Positions 52,541-62,759 of a stretch of DNA of 64,000 bases are shown here, piece by piece; within the stretch, counting starts at the first letter, position 1; each line of letters begins with the position of its first letter. The stretch lies in the NCBI GenBank assembly GCA_963693055.1, contig OY843751.1, forward strand, positions 5,088,001-5,152,000, read 5' to 3'. The translations under genes and the position numbers were made by a program. The DNA is from a bacterium. Lineage in GTDB: Bacteria > Zhuqueibacterota > Zhuqueibacteria > Residuimicrobiales > Krinioviventaceae. The notes under the pieces were generated by a model, which worked only from the letters and a program-made list of their open reading frames with translations, was not told the DNA's origin and did not search any database.

Positions 52541-55006
52541 CTATTTTTGAGATGCCAACAGATACATACCATCTCTGTCGGTTTTTAAATCATATACATA
52601 CCATGTCTTTTCCACAACCTCTACCGGTTGCGCTGAACGATTTTCAATAGCCGGTATCGGCTGTTGCTTGCATAAGGGATTGGGGTTCTCACCTTTAGCG
52701 GATTCTAAAACTCCTGATGACAACAATTGCAGCGGGACTGCACTTTTGATCCGGCAGTTGCCGCCAAGCGGAGATTTAACCAGAACACTATCCATTGCAC
52801 CATCCTGCCATTTCACATCAAATTCAAAGCCGCCACGGGCCTTGAGTCCGCTGAACCCTCCATCTGGCCAGGCTTTTGGCAATGCAGGTAAAAGATGTAT
52901 CTCGCCGGCATGACTTTGCATCAGCATCTCGGTTATTCCCGCGCAACCGCCAAAGTTACCGTCAATTTGGAACGGCGGATGGGTATCGAACAAATTGTAC
53001 AATGTAGATTTGGCAAGCAGAGCCACCAGGTTTTCATAGGCGCGTTCTGGTTGCAGCAATCGGGAGAAAAAACTGATAATCCAGGCTCGGCTCCATCCTG
53101 TATGTCCGCCGCCATTTGCCAAACGATAATCCAGTGTATGGATTGCAGCCTGTGCCAGTTCCGGTGTGTGCGGCCAGGTGATCTGCCGTCCGGGATGCAG
53201 TCCAAACAGATGCGAAACATGCCGATGTCCGGGTTCCACTTCTTTAAATTCGTGCGGCCATTCCATTATACGGCCGTCTTTACCAATACGGATAGGTGTA
53301 AGCTGTTTTCGCAAATCAACCAGTTCATTATGAAATCCAGTGTCTGTACCCAATACATCGGCAGCTTCAATGCAGTTGCTGAACAGATCATAAATGATCT
53401 CGGTATCTACAGTGGTCCCCATATTCAAAAAGGCAACTTCACCAGACGGACCATAAAATCTGTTTTCCGGTGAACCCGATGGTCCTGTTACCAGATAACC
53501 CGTTTTGGGATCTTTGACCATATAGTCTACAAAGAACAGTGCCGCCTCTGTCATAATGGGATACGCTTCCTGTAAAAAAGCCCTATCACCGGTATACAAG
53601 TAATGCTCCCACAAATGCTGACTACACCAGCCAACACTCATGGGCCACATGCCATATTGGATATTGCCAATAGGTTCTGTCCACCACCATACATCCGTGG
53701 TATGGTTGGCGGTAAACCCCCTGCTGTTATATACATGCCTGGCGGTCTTGCGTCCGCTTGCGCGTAAACTGTCAATCAATGCAAAGAACGGAGTATGGCA
53801 CTCGCTCAGGTTGGTGACCTCCGCGGGCCAATAGTTCATTTGAATATTGATATTTATATGATAATCCGAGTTCCAGGGCGGTGTTAAACCATCTACCCAA
53901 ATTCCCTGTAAATTAGCGGGCAAACATCCGGGACGTGAGCTGCTCATCAGCAGATAACGCCCATATTGAAAATACAGCGTCTCTAACCAATGGTCCTGCT
54001 GCCCGTTTTTAACATTCTCTAATCTCTGATTTGTGGGGATATCATCCTGAAAAGCATCAGTCAGTTGCAATTTTACACGACCAAACAACTCTTGATGCGC
54101 CTGTTTATGATCGTTTTTAACAGATTTTAAATCTTTATTTATAACACCCTGCATAGTTTTATCGCATAGAACATGTGGGCCCTCGCCTCTATAATTTGTA
54201 GCCGCAGCTAAATACAGCACCAGGGAGTCTGCATTTTTCACAGACAATGTCCTGGCATCTGCCTGAATTGTACCACCGGCAGGCATTGCTTTTAATTGCG
54301 ATTCATAACGAACACCTTTACCATTTCCGCCGGTAACATGACCGTTCATGAACAGCATATCATTCCCAACAGCCTTAACATCAAATTCAGCGGGACGATC
54401 AAGCGCCAAATCCACCGTAATCTTGCCCGGTTTATCGGCTGTCAACACAACAACAATCACCTGATCAACAGGAGATGAAAAGACTTGTCGTTTATATTTT
54501 ACACCATCCACAACATATTCAACACCAGCAATGGCTTCATCAAGCGATAAAGATCGTTTATAATCGGTATAGGCTCCGTGCCCCGGGAACGTTAATCTCA
54601 GATCGCCCAGGGTTTGATAGGTATGATAATTATTATCGTAACGGGGGCCCATTACGTTGTCTTGCATTACTTTTTCGGCCTCGTTAAATTTGCCGTCAAA
54701 AAGTAATTTGCGGGCCTCCTGAACGTATTTCCAGGCATCATCCTGCAGGCGAGTGGTCTTTTCTCCGGTCCAAACCGACTCTTCGTTCAATTGTATACGT
54801 TCATGCTCAACCGTGCCATAAACCATTGCCCCCAAGCGGCCGTTTCCAATGGGCAATGCCTCTATCCATTGGCTTGCGGGTTCTGTATACCACAGATTTA
54901 ACTCAGGTTGATTAATGCTTAACGCCTCAACAGTATTGCCAGACATTCCACAATTAACTGACAAACAGCAAATTATGATCAATAAAAAACCCAAATATCG
55001 TTTCAT
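52541..55006 (-). CDS. GH95 alpha-L-fucosidase-like glycosidase
   Basis: [34 protein letters not shown]. Confidence 0.96.
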   Translation of the reverse strand: MKRYLGFLLIIICCLSVNCGMSGNTVEALSINQPELNLWYTEPASQWIEALPIGNGRLGAMVYGTVEHERIQLNEESVWTGEKTTRLQDDAWKYVQEARKLLFDGKFNEAEKVMQDNVMGPRYDNNYHTYQTLGDLRLTFPGHGAYTDYKRSLSLDEAIAGVEYVVDGVKYKRQVFSSPVDQVIVVVLTADKPGKITVDLALDRPAEFDVKAVGNDMLFMNGHVTGGNGKGVRYESQLKAMPAGGTIQADARTLSVKNADSLVLYLAAATNYRGEGPHVLCDKTMQGVINKDLKSVKNDHKQAHQELFGRVKLQLTDAFQDDIPTNQRLENVKNGQQDHWLETLYFQYGRYLLMSSSRPGCLPANLQGIWVDGLTPPWNSDYHININIQMNYWPAEVTNLSECHTPFFALIDSLRASGRKTARHVYNSRGFTANHTTDVWWWTEPIGNIQYGMWPMSVGWCSQHLWEHYLYTGDRAFLQEAYPIMTEAALFFVDYMVKDPKTGYLVTGPSGSPENRFYGPSGEVAFLNMGTTVDTEIIYDLFSNCIEAADVLGTDTGFHNELVDLRKQLTPIRIGKDGRIMEWPHEFKEVEPGHRHVSHLFGLHPGRQITWPHTPELAQAAIHTLDYRLANGGGHTGWSRAWIISFFSRLLQPERAYENLVALLAKSTLYNLFDTHPPFQIDGNFGGCAGITEMLMQSHAGEIHLLPALPKAWPDGGFSGLKARGGFEFDVKWQDGAMDSVLVKSPLGGNCRIKSAVPLQLLSSGVLESAKGENPNPLCKQQPIPAIENRSAQPVEVVEKTWYVYDLKTDRDGMYLLASQK

Positions 55007-55158
55007 AATGCCCTCAATTTAATTTATTTGTAATGTAAAAAAAATACATATAAAAAACATCTTTGAATTATTTTTTCACAGAAATATTACTTGCATTGTG
55101 GCAAGGCAAGTGGTATATTTCTTTATTTATTAATAGTTTTGAGAAAACAGGACAATTT

Positions 55159-55887
55159 TTGAAGTACGCAATAATATCCGACATTCACAGCAATCTGGCC
55201 GCGCTCGAACAGGTACTAGAGTATATCCATAATGAAAAATGCGACAGCACCATTTGCCTTGGTGATATTGTAGGATATGGCCCGCATCCCAATGAATGTA
55301 TTCAGCTTGTTCGCGATTATACGGATATCGTTATTGCCGGAAATCACGATTATGCCGCCGCCGGCTTGACAAATATGGATTATTTTAACGTCTATGCTAA
55401 AAAAGCAATGGATTGGACCATTGCCAACCTTAAAGATGAATATATGGAATATCTCAGGTCGCTACCTCTTGCTGCGGAAATAGACCAGGCACACCTTGTT
55501 CATGCGGCGCCCATGTCCCCCGAAAAATGGGGCTATATTTTCACACCCTATCAGGCGCAGTTGAATTTTGAACATTTTTCAGAACGTTGTTGTTTTATTG
55601 GTCACTCGCATTTACCCATTATTTTTCAGAATAACGACAACGAAGAACCGGTTACAATTTATGATACCAAATTGGAACTTGAAAAGGACAAGAGATATAT
55701 AATAAACGTCGGCAGTGTTGGACAACCGAGAGACCACCAGCCCACCGCTGCTTTTGGCATTTTAGATACCGACAACGCTTTTTTTCATATCGTTCGTGTT
55801 GAATATGATGTGTATACTACGCAAAAAGCAATGATGGCGCGCGACTTTCCTGAATTTCTCATAGAACGCCTAAAACATGGCAGGTAA
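55159..55887 (+). CDS. Metallophosphoesterase (MJ0912/YfcE-like)
   Basis: SDIHSN, GDIVGYG, GNHD, GHSH, NVGSVGQPRD. Confidence 0.93.
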   Translation: MKYAIISDIHSNLAALEQVLEYIHNEKCDSTICLGDIVGYGPHPNECIQLVRDYTDIVIAGNHDYAAAGLTNMDYFNVYAKKAMDWTIANLKDEYMEYLRSLPLAAEIDQAHLVHAAPMSPEKWGYIFTPYQAQLNFEHFSERCCFIGHSHLPIIFQNNDNEEPVTIYDTKLELEKDKRYIINVGSVGQPRDHQPTAAFGILDTDNAFFHIVRVEYDVYTTQKAMMARDFPEFLIERLKHGR

Positions 55888-55901
55888 CGAATTATTAGTA
55901 T

Positions 55902-56432
55902 ATGGTGGAACCCGATATGGAAGCAAATCACAAAGAAGCTTTTAACAACCGCATCGTTTTTTCTGAAAAGACTTATCAAAACATTATCAGCATTTTAACT
56001 GAACTGCGCACACGCCTCAATGCCAAAATCACTATTTTTGCGGATATGAACGGGTATCCCATCGGATATGATGAAACAGTACCCGCAATTGACATTACCT
56101 CACTAACGGCTCTTGCATCTGGTACATTTTCAGCAACATCCGAAATGGCAAAAATGGTACAGGAACAAGATAAATTTCGCTTTATCTATCTTGAAGGTAA
56201 AGAGAATAATATTTACATGTGTAATGTTAGTAAAGATTACCTGATCATTGTCTTGTTCGACAAGAGTGTAGCTATGGGTATGGTAAGAATACTGACCCAC
56301 AATACAGTTGAAAAACTGTCAAAAATATTGGATGAGTTGTCAATGGAGAATCAGCAGGCATCCAAATACATAGACATAGAATTTAAATCTATGCTTAATA
56401 AAGAATTGGATAAATTTTTCGGAATTGACTAG
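55902..56432 (+). CDS. mglB: Roadblock/LC7 protein, MglB-like
   Basis: DITSLTALASGTFSATSEMAK, VLFDKSVAMGMVR. Directly upstream of mglA. Confidence 0.85.
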   Translation: MVEPDMEANHKEAFNNRIVFSEKTYQNIISILTELRTRLNAKITIFADMNGYPIGYDETVPAIDITSLTALASGTFSATSEMAKMVQEQDKFRFIYLEGKENNIYMCNVSKDYLIIVLFDKSVAMGMVRILTHNTVEKLSKILDELSMENQQASKYIDIEFKSMLNKELDKFFGID

Positions 56433-56438
56433 TTTTAT

Positions 56439-57011
56439 ATGTATATAGATCAAAACAGACAAGAAATACAGTTCAAAATTGTATATTATGGGCCGGGTTT
56501 GGGTGGCAAAACAACAAACCTGGAATATATCCATGCCAATATTGATCCCTCAATTCGTGGTGAACTGGTTAGCCTGAAAACCAAGGACGAGCGCACGCTC
56601 TATTTTGACTTCATGCAGCTTGAACTGGGACAAATCAACAACAAAAAACCACGCTTTCATCTTTATACAATCCCCGGACAGTTGCATTACAGCTTTAGCC
56701 GCAAAATCATTTTGCGTGGCACAGACGCTGTGGTCTTTGTTGCGGACTCTCAACCGCTTCGAATGGATGACAATCTAGACACCCTGCTTGACCTGGAACA
56801 AAAGCTGATTGAACAGGGCGCCTCACTCGATTCTTTTCCATGGGTTATGCAATACAACAAAAGAGATCTCACCAATTCCATGAGTATTGATGAAATGCAG
56901 TCTAAACTTAATTTTTTAAACGTTCCCTATCACCAGGCCATTGCAACAAAGGGAAACGGAGTTTTTGAAACCCTGAAAACAGCCATCCAACTGGTTATTG
57001 AAAAAATGTAG
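56439..57011 (+). CDS. mglA: MglA-family small GTPase
   Basis: KIVYYGPGLGGKTTN, ERTLYFD, TIPGQ, NKRD. Confidence 0.95.
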   Translation: MYIDQNRQEIQFKIVYYGPGLGGKTTNLEYIHANIDPSIRGELVSLKTKDERTLYFDFMQLELGQINNKKPRFHLYTIPGQLHYSFSRKIILRGTDAVVFVADSQPLRMDDNLDTLLDLEQKLIEQGASLDSFPWVMQYNKRDLTNSMSIDEMQSKLNFLNVPYHQAIATKGNGVFETLKTAIQLVIEKM

Positions 57012-57019
57012 AGGAAAAC

Positions 57020-57454
57020 ATGCCAGGCTTTCCCAAAAACGGAAAAAACACACCGCACCATCACCAGAACAACTCGATACAAGTTAAAATAGAAACCATA
57101 CTAACCAATCTGGTTAATAGCGGCCTTTACGATGCCATCTATTTGTTTGACGAAACCGGTTTGCCCATCGTTCAGCGTAAAAAGAACCAAGCCTTTAGTA
57201 ATGATATTGAGACTGTTGAAGTTACCACGTTAATGAATCAGATCAAATCTTCAACAACACGTATAGAAGAATTTGAAAAATTGAACGAGATCATTATTGA
57301 AAGCAGTACCGGTAAAAGGCTCATTTTTAGATTTATTGACTTTTTTGGACAAACTGCAACACTGGTTGCTATTATTCCCCAGGGAAAAAGCTATAGAAAT
57401 ATGACCAACAATCTGCTGCGCACTCTTGACCGTCTAACTGAATCGGAATTGTAG
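57020..57454 (+). CDS. Divergent roadblock/longin-like protein
   Basis: AIYLFDETGLPI and LNEIIIE pattern, located after mglA. Confidence 0.55.
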   Translation: MPGFPKNGKNTPHHHQNNSIQVKIETILTNLVNSGLYDAIYLFDETGLPIVQRKKNQAFSNDIETVEVTTLMNQIKSSTTRIEEFEKLNEIIIESSTGKRLIFRFIDFFGQTATLVAIIPQGKSYRNMTNNLLRTLDRLTESEL

Positions 57455-57457
57455 AGA

Positions 57458-58780
57458 ATGACAGAGTCCACAATTCAACGTAAACCCACACGCATTTCAA
57501 CAACCGCGTGGATACTTTATGATCTGGCAAACACTGCCTATTCCATGAATGTGGTTTCACTCTATTTCAGCACCTGGATCATTTTAACATTTCAAATGAG
57601 TGATATCTGGGTATCGCTTGTCAATTCATTATCCATGTTGTTTGTTGCTTTTACTATGCCGGTATTGGGTGACTGGTCAGACATTAAACAAAAAAAATTA
57701 AAGGGATTAATGCTGTTCTCCCTTATTTGTATCAGTGGAACAGCACTTATTGGGCTTTTGGGCCTAACCCTAAAATCCACCGCAATACTTTTACCCTTGG
57801 TTTTGCTCATTTATATTGTCACCAATTATAGTTACCAGGGCGGACTCGTTTTTTACAATGCCCTGATGCCTGCTGTCAGTACCCCCAAAAATATGGGACG
57901 CGTTTCCGGTTACGGTACAGCTATTGGCTATATGGGGACCATTCTTGGGCTTATGGTGGCCCGCATTTTTGTAGAAGGTGATTTTTTCGGACTCACCCTG
58001 CCCGGCGTACAAGCCGGAGGTCCCGGGGCTGCATTCATCCCCACTGCCGTTCTATTTCTTGTGTTTGCGCTGCCGGTATTCTTTTTGGTGGACGAGTCTT
58101 TAATACCCGCGCCCAAGCAAAAAGAATGGAAGATCAAAGCCTCTTATAAAAAAGTGATCAACAACATCAGAGATACGCAAGAACATCCCGGATTATTGCG
58201 ATTTCTCATATCACGGTTGCTGTATCAGGACAGTGTAGCCACCATCATTATCTATATGGGTGTATTTACGCAGGTGGTTATGGATTTTACCCTGAACGAA
58301 GCTTCGCTGTTTATGATCATCCTTACACCCTTTGCAATTATTGGATCAGCAATTTGTGGTATTTTGACCGACCATTACGGCCCCAAAAAGGTACTTACCG
58401 TGGTAATCGTTTTTTGGGTGATCAGTCTTGCGGTAATCATCATTTCATCCAACCGCACCCTGTTCTGGATCATGGGAGCCATCATTGGCATTCTGCTGGG
58501 ATCGGTAGAGACCTCATCCCGTCCGCTGCTCATCACTCTTGCACCGCGGGAAAAAATGGGCGAGTTTTTCGGAATCTATGCATTATCGGGAAGATTGGCG
58601 GCCATAATCGGCCCACTGGTATGGAGCGCGGTAACCTTTTCATTTGGCGCCTTTGGTGATGTGTTTAAATTCAAAGCTGCCATAGGCGCACTGGCTATAA
58701 TCATGATTTTGGGACTCTTGGTACTGCTGCCGGTACCAGATTTTCATAAAAAAGTTAAAAAATTACACATTCAAAGCTAA
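57458..58780 (+). CDS. MFS transporter (UMF1/Atg22-like)
   Basis: WILYDLANTAY, FYNALMP, GEFFGIY, about 12 TM. Confidence 0.92.
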   Translation: MTESTIQRKPTRISTTAWILYDLANTAYSMNVVSLYFSTWIILTFQMSDIWVSLVNSLSMLFVAFTMPVLGDWSDIKQKKLKGLMLFSLICISGTALIGLLGLTLKSTAILLPLVLLIYIVTNYSYQGGLVFYNALMPAVSTPKNMGRVSGYGTAIGYMGTILGLMVARIFVEGDFFGLTLPGVQAGGPGAAFIPTAVLFLVFALPVFFLVDESLIPAPKQKEWKIKASYKKVINNIRDTQEHPGLLRFLISRLLYQDSVATIIIYMGVFTQVVMDFTLNEASLFMIILTPFAIIGSAICGILTDHYGPKKVLTVVIVFWVISLAVIIISSNRTLFWIMGAIIGILLGSVETSSRPLLITLAPREKMGEFFGIYALSGRLAAIIGPLVWSAVTFSFGAFGDVFKFKAAIGALAIIMILGLLVLLPVPDFHKKVKKLHIQS

Positions 58781-58822
58781 AAAAGCTTGACTCGAATATA
58801 AAAATACCTTATATTTACTTCT

Positions 58823-59095
58823 GTGACTATGGACAAAAAAAGTACAAAACCAAACACAGCCAAAAAGTCGAATAAAACCTTTTTGGATTTTTCAGCCCGC
58901 AACTATCAAATATTCGGTGTTGCGTTGGTTGTTATCGTTTTGGGTTATTTTGCAATGGCCCAACCCCCTGCGGAAGGTGCTATGTCTTTGACAGTTGCGC
59001 CCATTCTGCTGGTCATTGGTTACTGTATTTTGATTCCTTTGTCTATTTTCTGGCGCCCTAAAAAGCAAGCCAGTGCCACAACAATGGGCGATTAG
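58823..59095 (+). CDS. DUF3098-like small membrane protein
   Basis: NYQIF...LGYFAM...SLTVAPILLVIGY. Confidence 0.75.
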   Translation: MTMDKKSTKPNTAKKSNKTFLDFSARNYQIFGVALVVIVLGYFAMAQPPAEGAMSLTVAPILLVIGYCILIPLSIFWRPKKQASATTMGD

Positions 59096-59160
59096 CTCAG
59101 TTGGTCTAGAGCACCTGCCTTACAAGCAGGGGGTCGCTGGTTCGACTCCAGCATCGCCCA
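59086..59160 (+). tRNA. tRNA-Val(TAC)
   Basis: GGGCGAT acceptor stem, CCTGC-CTTACAA-GCAGG anticodon arm, GTTCGAC T loop. Confidence 0.96.
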
Positions 59161-59241
59161 CAGCCGCAAGGCACATCAAGATAAAAGATTTTTATTGCAT
59201 CTTGATAAAAAAAGCACTAAGTTGTTAGTGCAAACCCAAAC

Positions 59242-59315
59242 GGGGTCGTGGTGCAGATGGTTAGCACATCGGCCTGTCAAGCCGAAGGTCGCGGGTTCAA
59301 GTCCCGTCGGCCCCG
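59242..59315 (+). tRNA. tRNA-Asp(GTC)
   Basis: GGGGTCG/CGGCCCC acceptor stem, TCGGC-CTGTCAA-GCCGA anticodon arm, GTTCAAG T loop. Confidence 0.96.
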
Positions 59316-60065
59316 CAAAAAGCCTCAGAATTTTTCTGGGGCTTTTTTGTTTTCAGGGGATATAATATAGAGGTCATTCTGATTTCAATTTGAGACTTGC
59401 CCCGCAAAAAGCCTCAGAAATTTTCTGGAACTTTTTTGTTTTTAGGGGATATATTGCAATGGCCGTCCCGATTCCACTTCGGGGTTGGTACCTGATAATT
59501 ACATCTAAATTCATTCAAGGTCTTTTATCAAATCAATTGGGGGTAAATATGGGGAAAACAGATCAATTTTTCGTTTATGTTTTAAAAAATCCATTCGGGA
59601 AGTTCTATGTGGGGCAAACTCAAAATCTTGAAGAACGATTAAACAGACATAACTGTGGCCAATCCACATACACAAAAAACAGAGGCCCTTGGGAATTAGT
59701 TTATTATGAACCTGTAGAATCCCGATCAGCAGCTATGCAAAGAGAAAAAGAAATCAAGAATAAAAAAAGCGCAAAATATATACAATGGTTAATCGATAGT
59801 CAAAATATCTAACCTTATCTAACCGTGGTCGTCCCGAATTCACTTCGGGATCGGCCCCGCAAAAAGCCTCAGAATTTTTCTGGGGCTTTTTTGTTTTCAG
59901 GGGATATAATATAGAGGTCATTCTGATTTCAATTTGAGACTTGCCCCGCAAAAAGCCTCAGAATTTTTCTGGGGCTTTTTTGTTTCTAGAGGGGTGTATT
60001 GCCGAGGTCATCCCGAATTCACTTCGGGATCGTCTACGCAAGAAGCCTCTGAAATTCTTCAGGGG
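59307..60065 (+). repeat. Array of ~89-bp units derived from the tRNA-Asp 3' end plus terminator
   Basis: CCCCGCAAAAAGCCTCAGAA at 59311, 59400, 59855, 59944, degenerate at 60034 and 62306. Confidence 0.9.
59549..59812 (+). CDS. Stand-alone GIY-YIG nuclease
   Basis: FVYVLK...FYVGQT..LEERLNRHN...YTKNRGPWELVYYE...AMQREKEIK. Confidence 0.93.
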   Translation: MGKTDQFFVYVLKNPFGKFYVGQTQNLEERLNRHNCGQSTYTKNRGPWELVYYEPVESRSAAMQREKEIKNKKSAKYIQWLIDSQNI

Positions 60066-60370
60066 ATTACCATGTAGAACGAAATTTATTTCGTTTACCC
60101 GGCGCAGATGGACCCGGCAGGACGCGACTTGACGAATCATTTATCGTTATTAGCAGGCGAGCCCTCATGATAAAATAGTGCCAACCTGCAAAGCCCCCAG
60201 AGTATTCGAAATGAGAGTTGAATGGTATAATCAGAGTTGTAATGGAGACAATCTCTCACAGTAACAGTTTACAAGGTCAATTCAATCCTGTAATCCTTTA
60301 ATCATACAAATCATAACTCAAACAAAAAAGCGTCGAGTACTGCATGGTTAGCAGAAGACTGGTGCTTCAT
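60034..60370 (+). repeat. ~330-bp non-coding element, copy 1
   Basis: Colinear with 62306-62634, e.g. GACCCGGCAGGACGCGACTTGACG, CCTCATGATAAAATAG, AACCTGCAAAGCCCCC. Confidence 0.9.
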
Positions 60371-60408
60371 GATGAAAACTCGTGCCACAAGTACGGGCTA
60401 CAGTCTAT

Positions 60409-61104
60409 TCACTCGTTTTCAATTTTCGTAAAACAAATATCCTTAAACTCTAATTTTTCAACAATATTTTTAAAATTCTCTGTTACAATAATTGCAGTTG
60501 GCAATTCAACAATTCTAAAAACCTCTTCATCCAAAAGTTTTGGTGAAATACTAATTTTTATCTTATCCGGCATTGTGATAGGGATGCGTCCACATCTTTC
60601 ACACTTTTCAATAGGATAATCTAAAATTCTGGCTTTGGGGATTATCTGAAATTCATAATAATCAAAATCCCTTTTATCATTCATTACAATTTTCGTTTTA
60701 GCAACCTTAGGTAACTTTATATCCTCTTTTTTCAATAATTCATATGCATTATAACTTACCAGTAGCGTCCACGGATTAAGCCATGCAAAGTCATAGAACC
60801 TACCTTTTGCAATACCTTGTAAAGGACCAAATTTTGTTCCAGGCAAAACAAACATATCTTTAAATAAATTATCTGTAGTTGGTTTCATCTCATGATGTGT
60901 TTGCCATGGATAAGGCTTTCGAATTGAATAATACTCTTCATATTCAGCATATTCATTACTTAAAACAATATTTGGATATTGAATACCAGTAACGGCCCAT
61001 TTGCTTTTGCATATGTCACAAATCATACCGGGTATACTATATTTGTGAACAGCATCAATTAAATAACTTTTTGATTTGTCACATGAAATTTTATAAAAAC
61101 TCAT
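60409..61104 (-). CDS. Double-CXXCG-type (SitI6-like) immunity protein
   Basis: HKYSIPGMICDIC, QYP, PGTKFGPL, TLLV, CERCGR. Immediately downstream of the toxin. Confidence 0.75.
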   Translation of the reverse strand: MSFYKISCDKSKSYLIDAVHKYSIPGMICDICKSKWAVTGIQYPNIVLSNEYAEYEEYYSIRKPYPWQTHHEMKPTTDNLFKDMFVLPGTKFGPLQGIAKGRFYDFAWLNPWTLLVSYNAYELLKKEDIKLPKVAKTKIVMNDKRDFDYYEFQIIPKARILDYPIEKCERCGRIPITMPDKIKISISPKLLDEEVFRIVELPTAIIVTENFKNIVEKLEFKDICFTKIENE

Positions 61105-61113
61105 ATTAACCTT

Positions 61114-62190
61114 TCAATATAAAATTTTGATATTAATTTGAGCTTGATTTAAATCAAAATCATACAACATCTTACCCAATTGTTTATAAATATCCTTGTC
61201 ATTAGCCATTGGATTTAAATCAAAAAAATCTTGCCATGCTTTATTCCAGTTTCCTCCTCGAGCTCCTCCTCCATGTATACCTGTTGAACCAATATAAACT
61301 CTTCTTGGGAGTGGCATTATATAATCATGTATATCTATTCCTTGTTCTACAAACTTCTCAGCTAAATCTTGTCTTTGAGAGAAAATATGATGACCTTGAA
61401 TAGGCGTTGCTTCAATTGCTGTTGGATAATCATACGTAAATACACTAAAATCTTCATCAACTACATCATCTAAACCAAATCGTTGTGACCCTAACTCACG
61501 TCTTTGAAAAAAATCAGTGTTAGGTACCAAGTTTGACTGTAACATTTCCGGAGTATCAGCCAATCCACCAGTCCATGGATTATACCCCATATTTTTAGCA
61601 TACCTATAACCTCCAATACCACCAAAAAGGCCTCCACCGACTGCTCCCCCAATAAAACCTGCCCAAACATCCTGGCCGGAAAGCCCAGCTGTTAAGGCAC
61701 CAACCCCTCCACCAGTGGCTGCACCATATGCCAATCCTGGCAGGAACCCAGCGGGAGCGAATATTGAAGCAGCTGTACCTAAACCTCCACCTAAGGCCCC
61801 AATACCAACTGAAGAGAAAAAGCCCCCTACTCGAAATTATCAGAGTGGTTTATTGCATATGAAATGCCACCTGTTGCGCCACCAATTAGCGCACCTGCAA
61901 GAATTACTTGCCAAAACTCCCCATCCGGATCCACCATAATCAATGGATTATTGCCGCAATACACATACGGGCTGAATCCCTGTCCAGCGGGGTCAGGCAC
62001 AAACCAACGGCCAATCTCGGGATTATAGTATCTTGCTCCAAAGCCGCAGCGTAGCGGAGGTGCGCCTATGGAGTATAATAAAGTCCGATGTCTGAGTCAA
62101 GCTCTTTTTGTGAGAACTGGTAGCTGTTATCATCATTCCCCGAAGCGACCAGAGTTTCACCAAAGGGGGTGTAATCACGGGTCATATCTA
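61114..62190 (-). pseudogene. Orphan RHS core plus C-terminal toxin (DUF2380/SitA6-like), disrupted
   Basis: DYTPFG, KELD..GLYY/FGARYYNPEIGRW..PDP, PYVYCGNNP..VDPDG. 32-bp insertion, TAG at 61827-61829 and a frameshift. Tip HHIFSQ...GIDIH...IH.GG.WN.AW. Confidence 0.85.
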
Positions 62191-62305
62191 AATTGCTCAG
62201 CCGTCGAGTACTGCAAATCTGATTCAGTCCCCATCCCGTAAGTAACGGATCACGCTTTCTAATCTCGCAGCATTTTCCCTCCGGGATGTAAAAGCCCAAG
62301 ACCAG

Positions 62306-62634
62306 CCCCGCAAGAAGCCTCAGAAATTCTTCAGGGGATTGCCATGTAGAACGAAATTCATTTCGCTTGTTCAGCGCAGACTGACCCGGCAGGACGCGAC
62401 TTGACGCATCATTTATCTTTATTAGCAGACAGGCCTCATGATAAAATAGAGCTAACCTGCAAAGCCCCCAAAACATTCGAAATGGATAAAAGAGTTATAA
62501 TCAGAGTAGTGACGGAGATAATCTCCCCCATGATCAGTTTTACAAGATCATTTCAATCCTTTAATCCAACAAATCTTAATTCAGACAAAAAAAACGCCGG
62601 GTACTGCGTGGTTAGCAGTGAAACGGCGCTTAAT
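62306..62634 (+). repeat. ~330-bp non-coding element, copy 2
   Basis: Colinear with 60034-60370, begins with CCCCGCAAGAAGCCTCAGAA. Confidence 0.9.
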
Positions 62635-62759
62635 AAAGGTATTTATTCGTTGGATAAATGTCAAGGGAAATTAAAAAAAATCTATCCATCTAACCAGAAC
62701 ATAATAATTATTTCCCCTTTTCAGGGATAAAATTTAATATACATGAATAAAAATTTACC

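Noticed and set aside
59307-60065. CRISPR array
   Set aside because: Units derive from the tRNA end and terminator, intervening sequences are themselves repeated rather than unique spacers, and no cas genes are present.
59754-60140. Short ORFs over the repeat array, and the N-terminal extension of ORF 59390
   Set aside because: These are translations of non-coding repeat units without RBS or protein motifs.
5581-61829. Genome-wide stop-codon reassignment (in-frame TAG/TAA)
   Set aside because: TAA, TAG and TGA all terminate conserved genes normally. The interrupted genes are accessory, and one carries additional lesions.
62059-62075. Group II intron 5' end (GTGCG)
   Set aside because: Only a 5-nt match inside a 32-bp insert, with no domain V/VI or reverse transcriptase.
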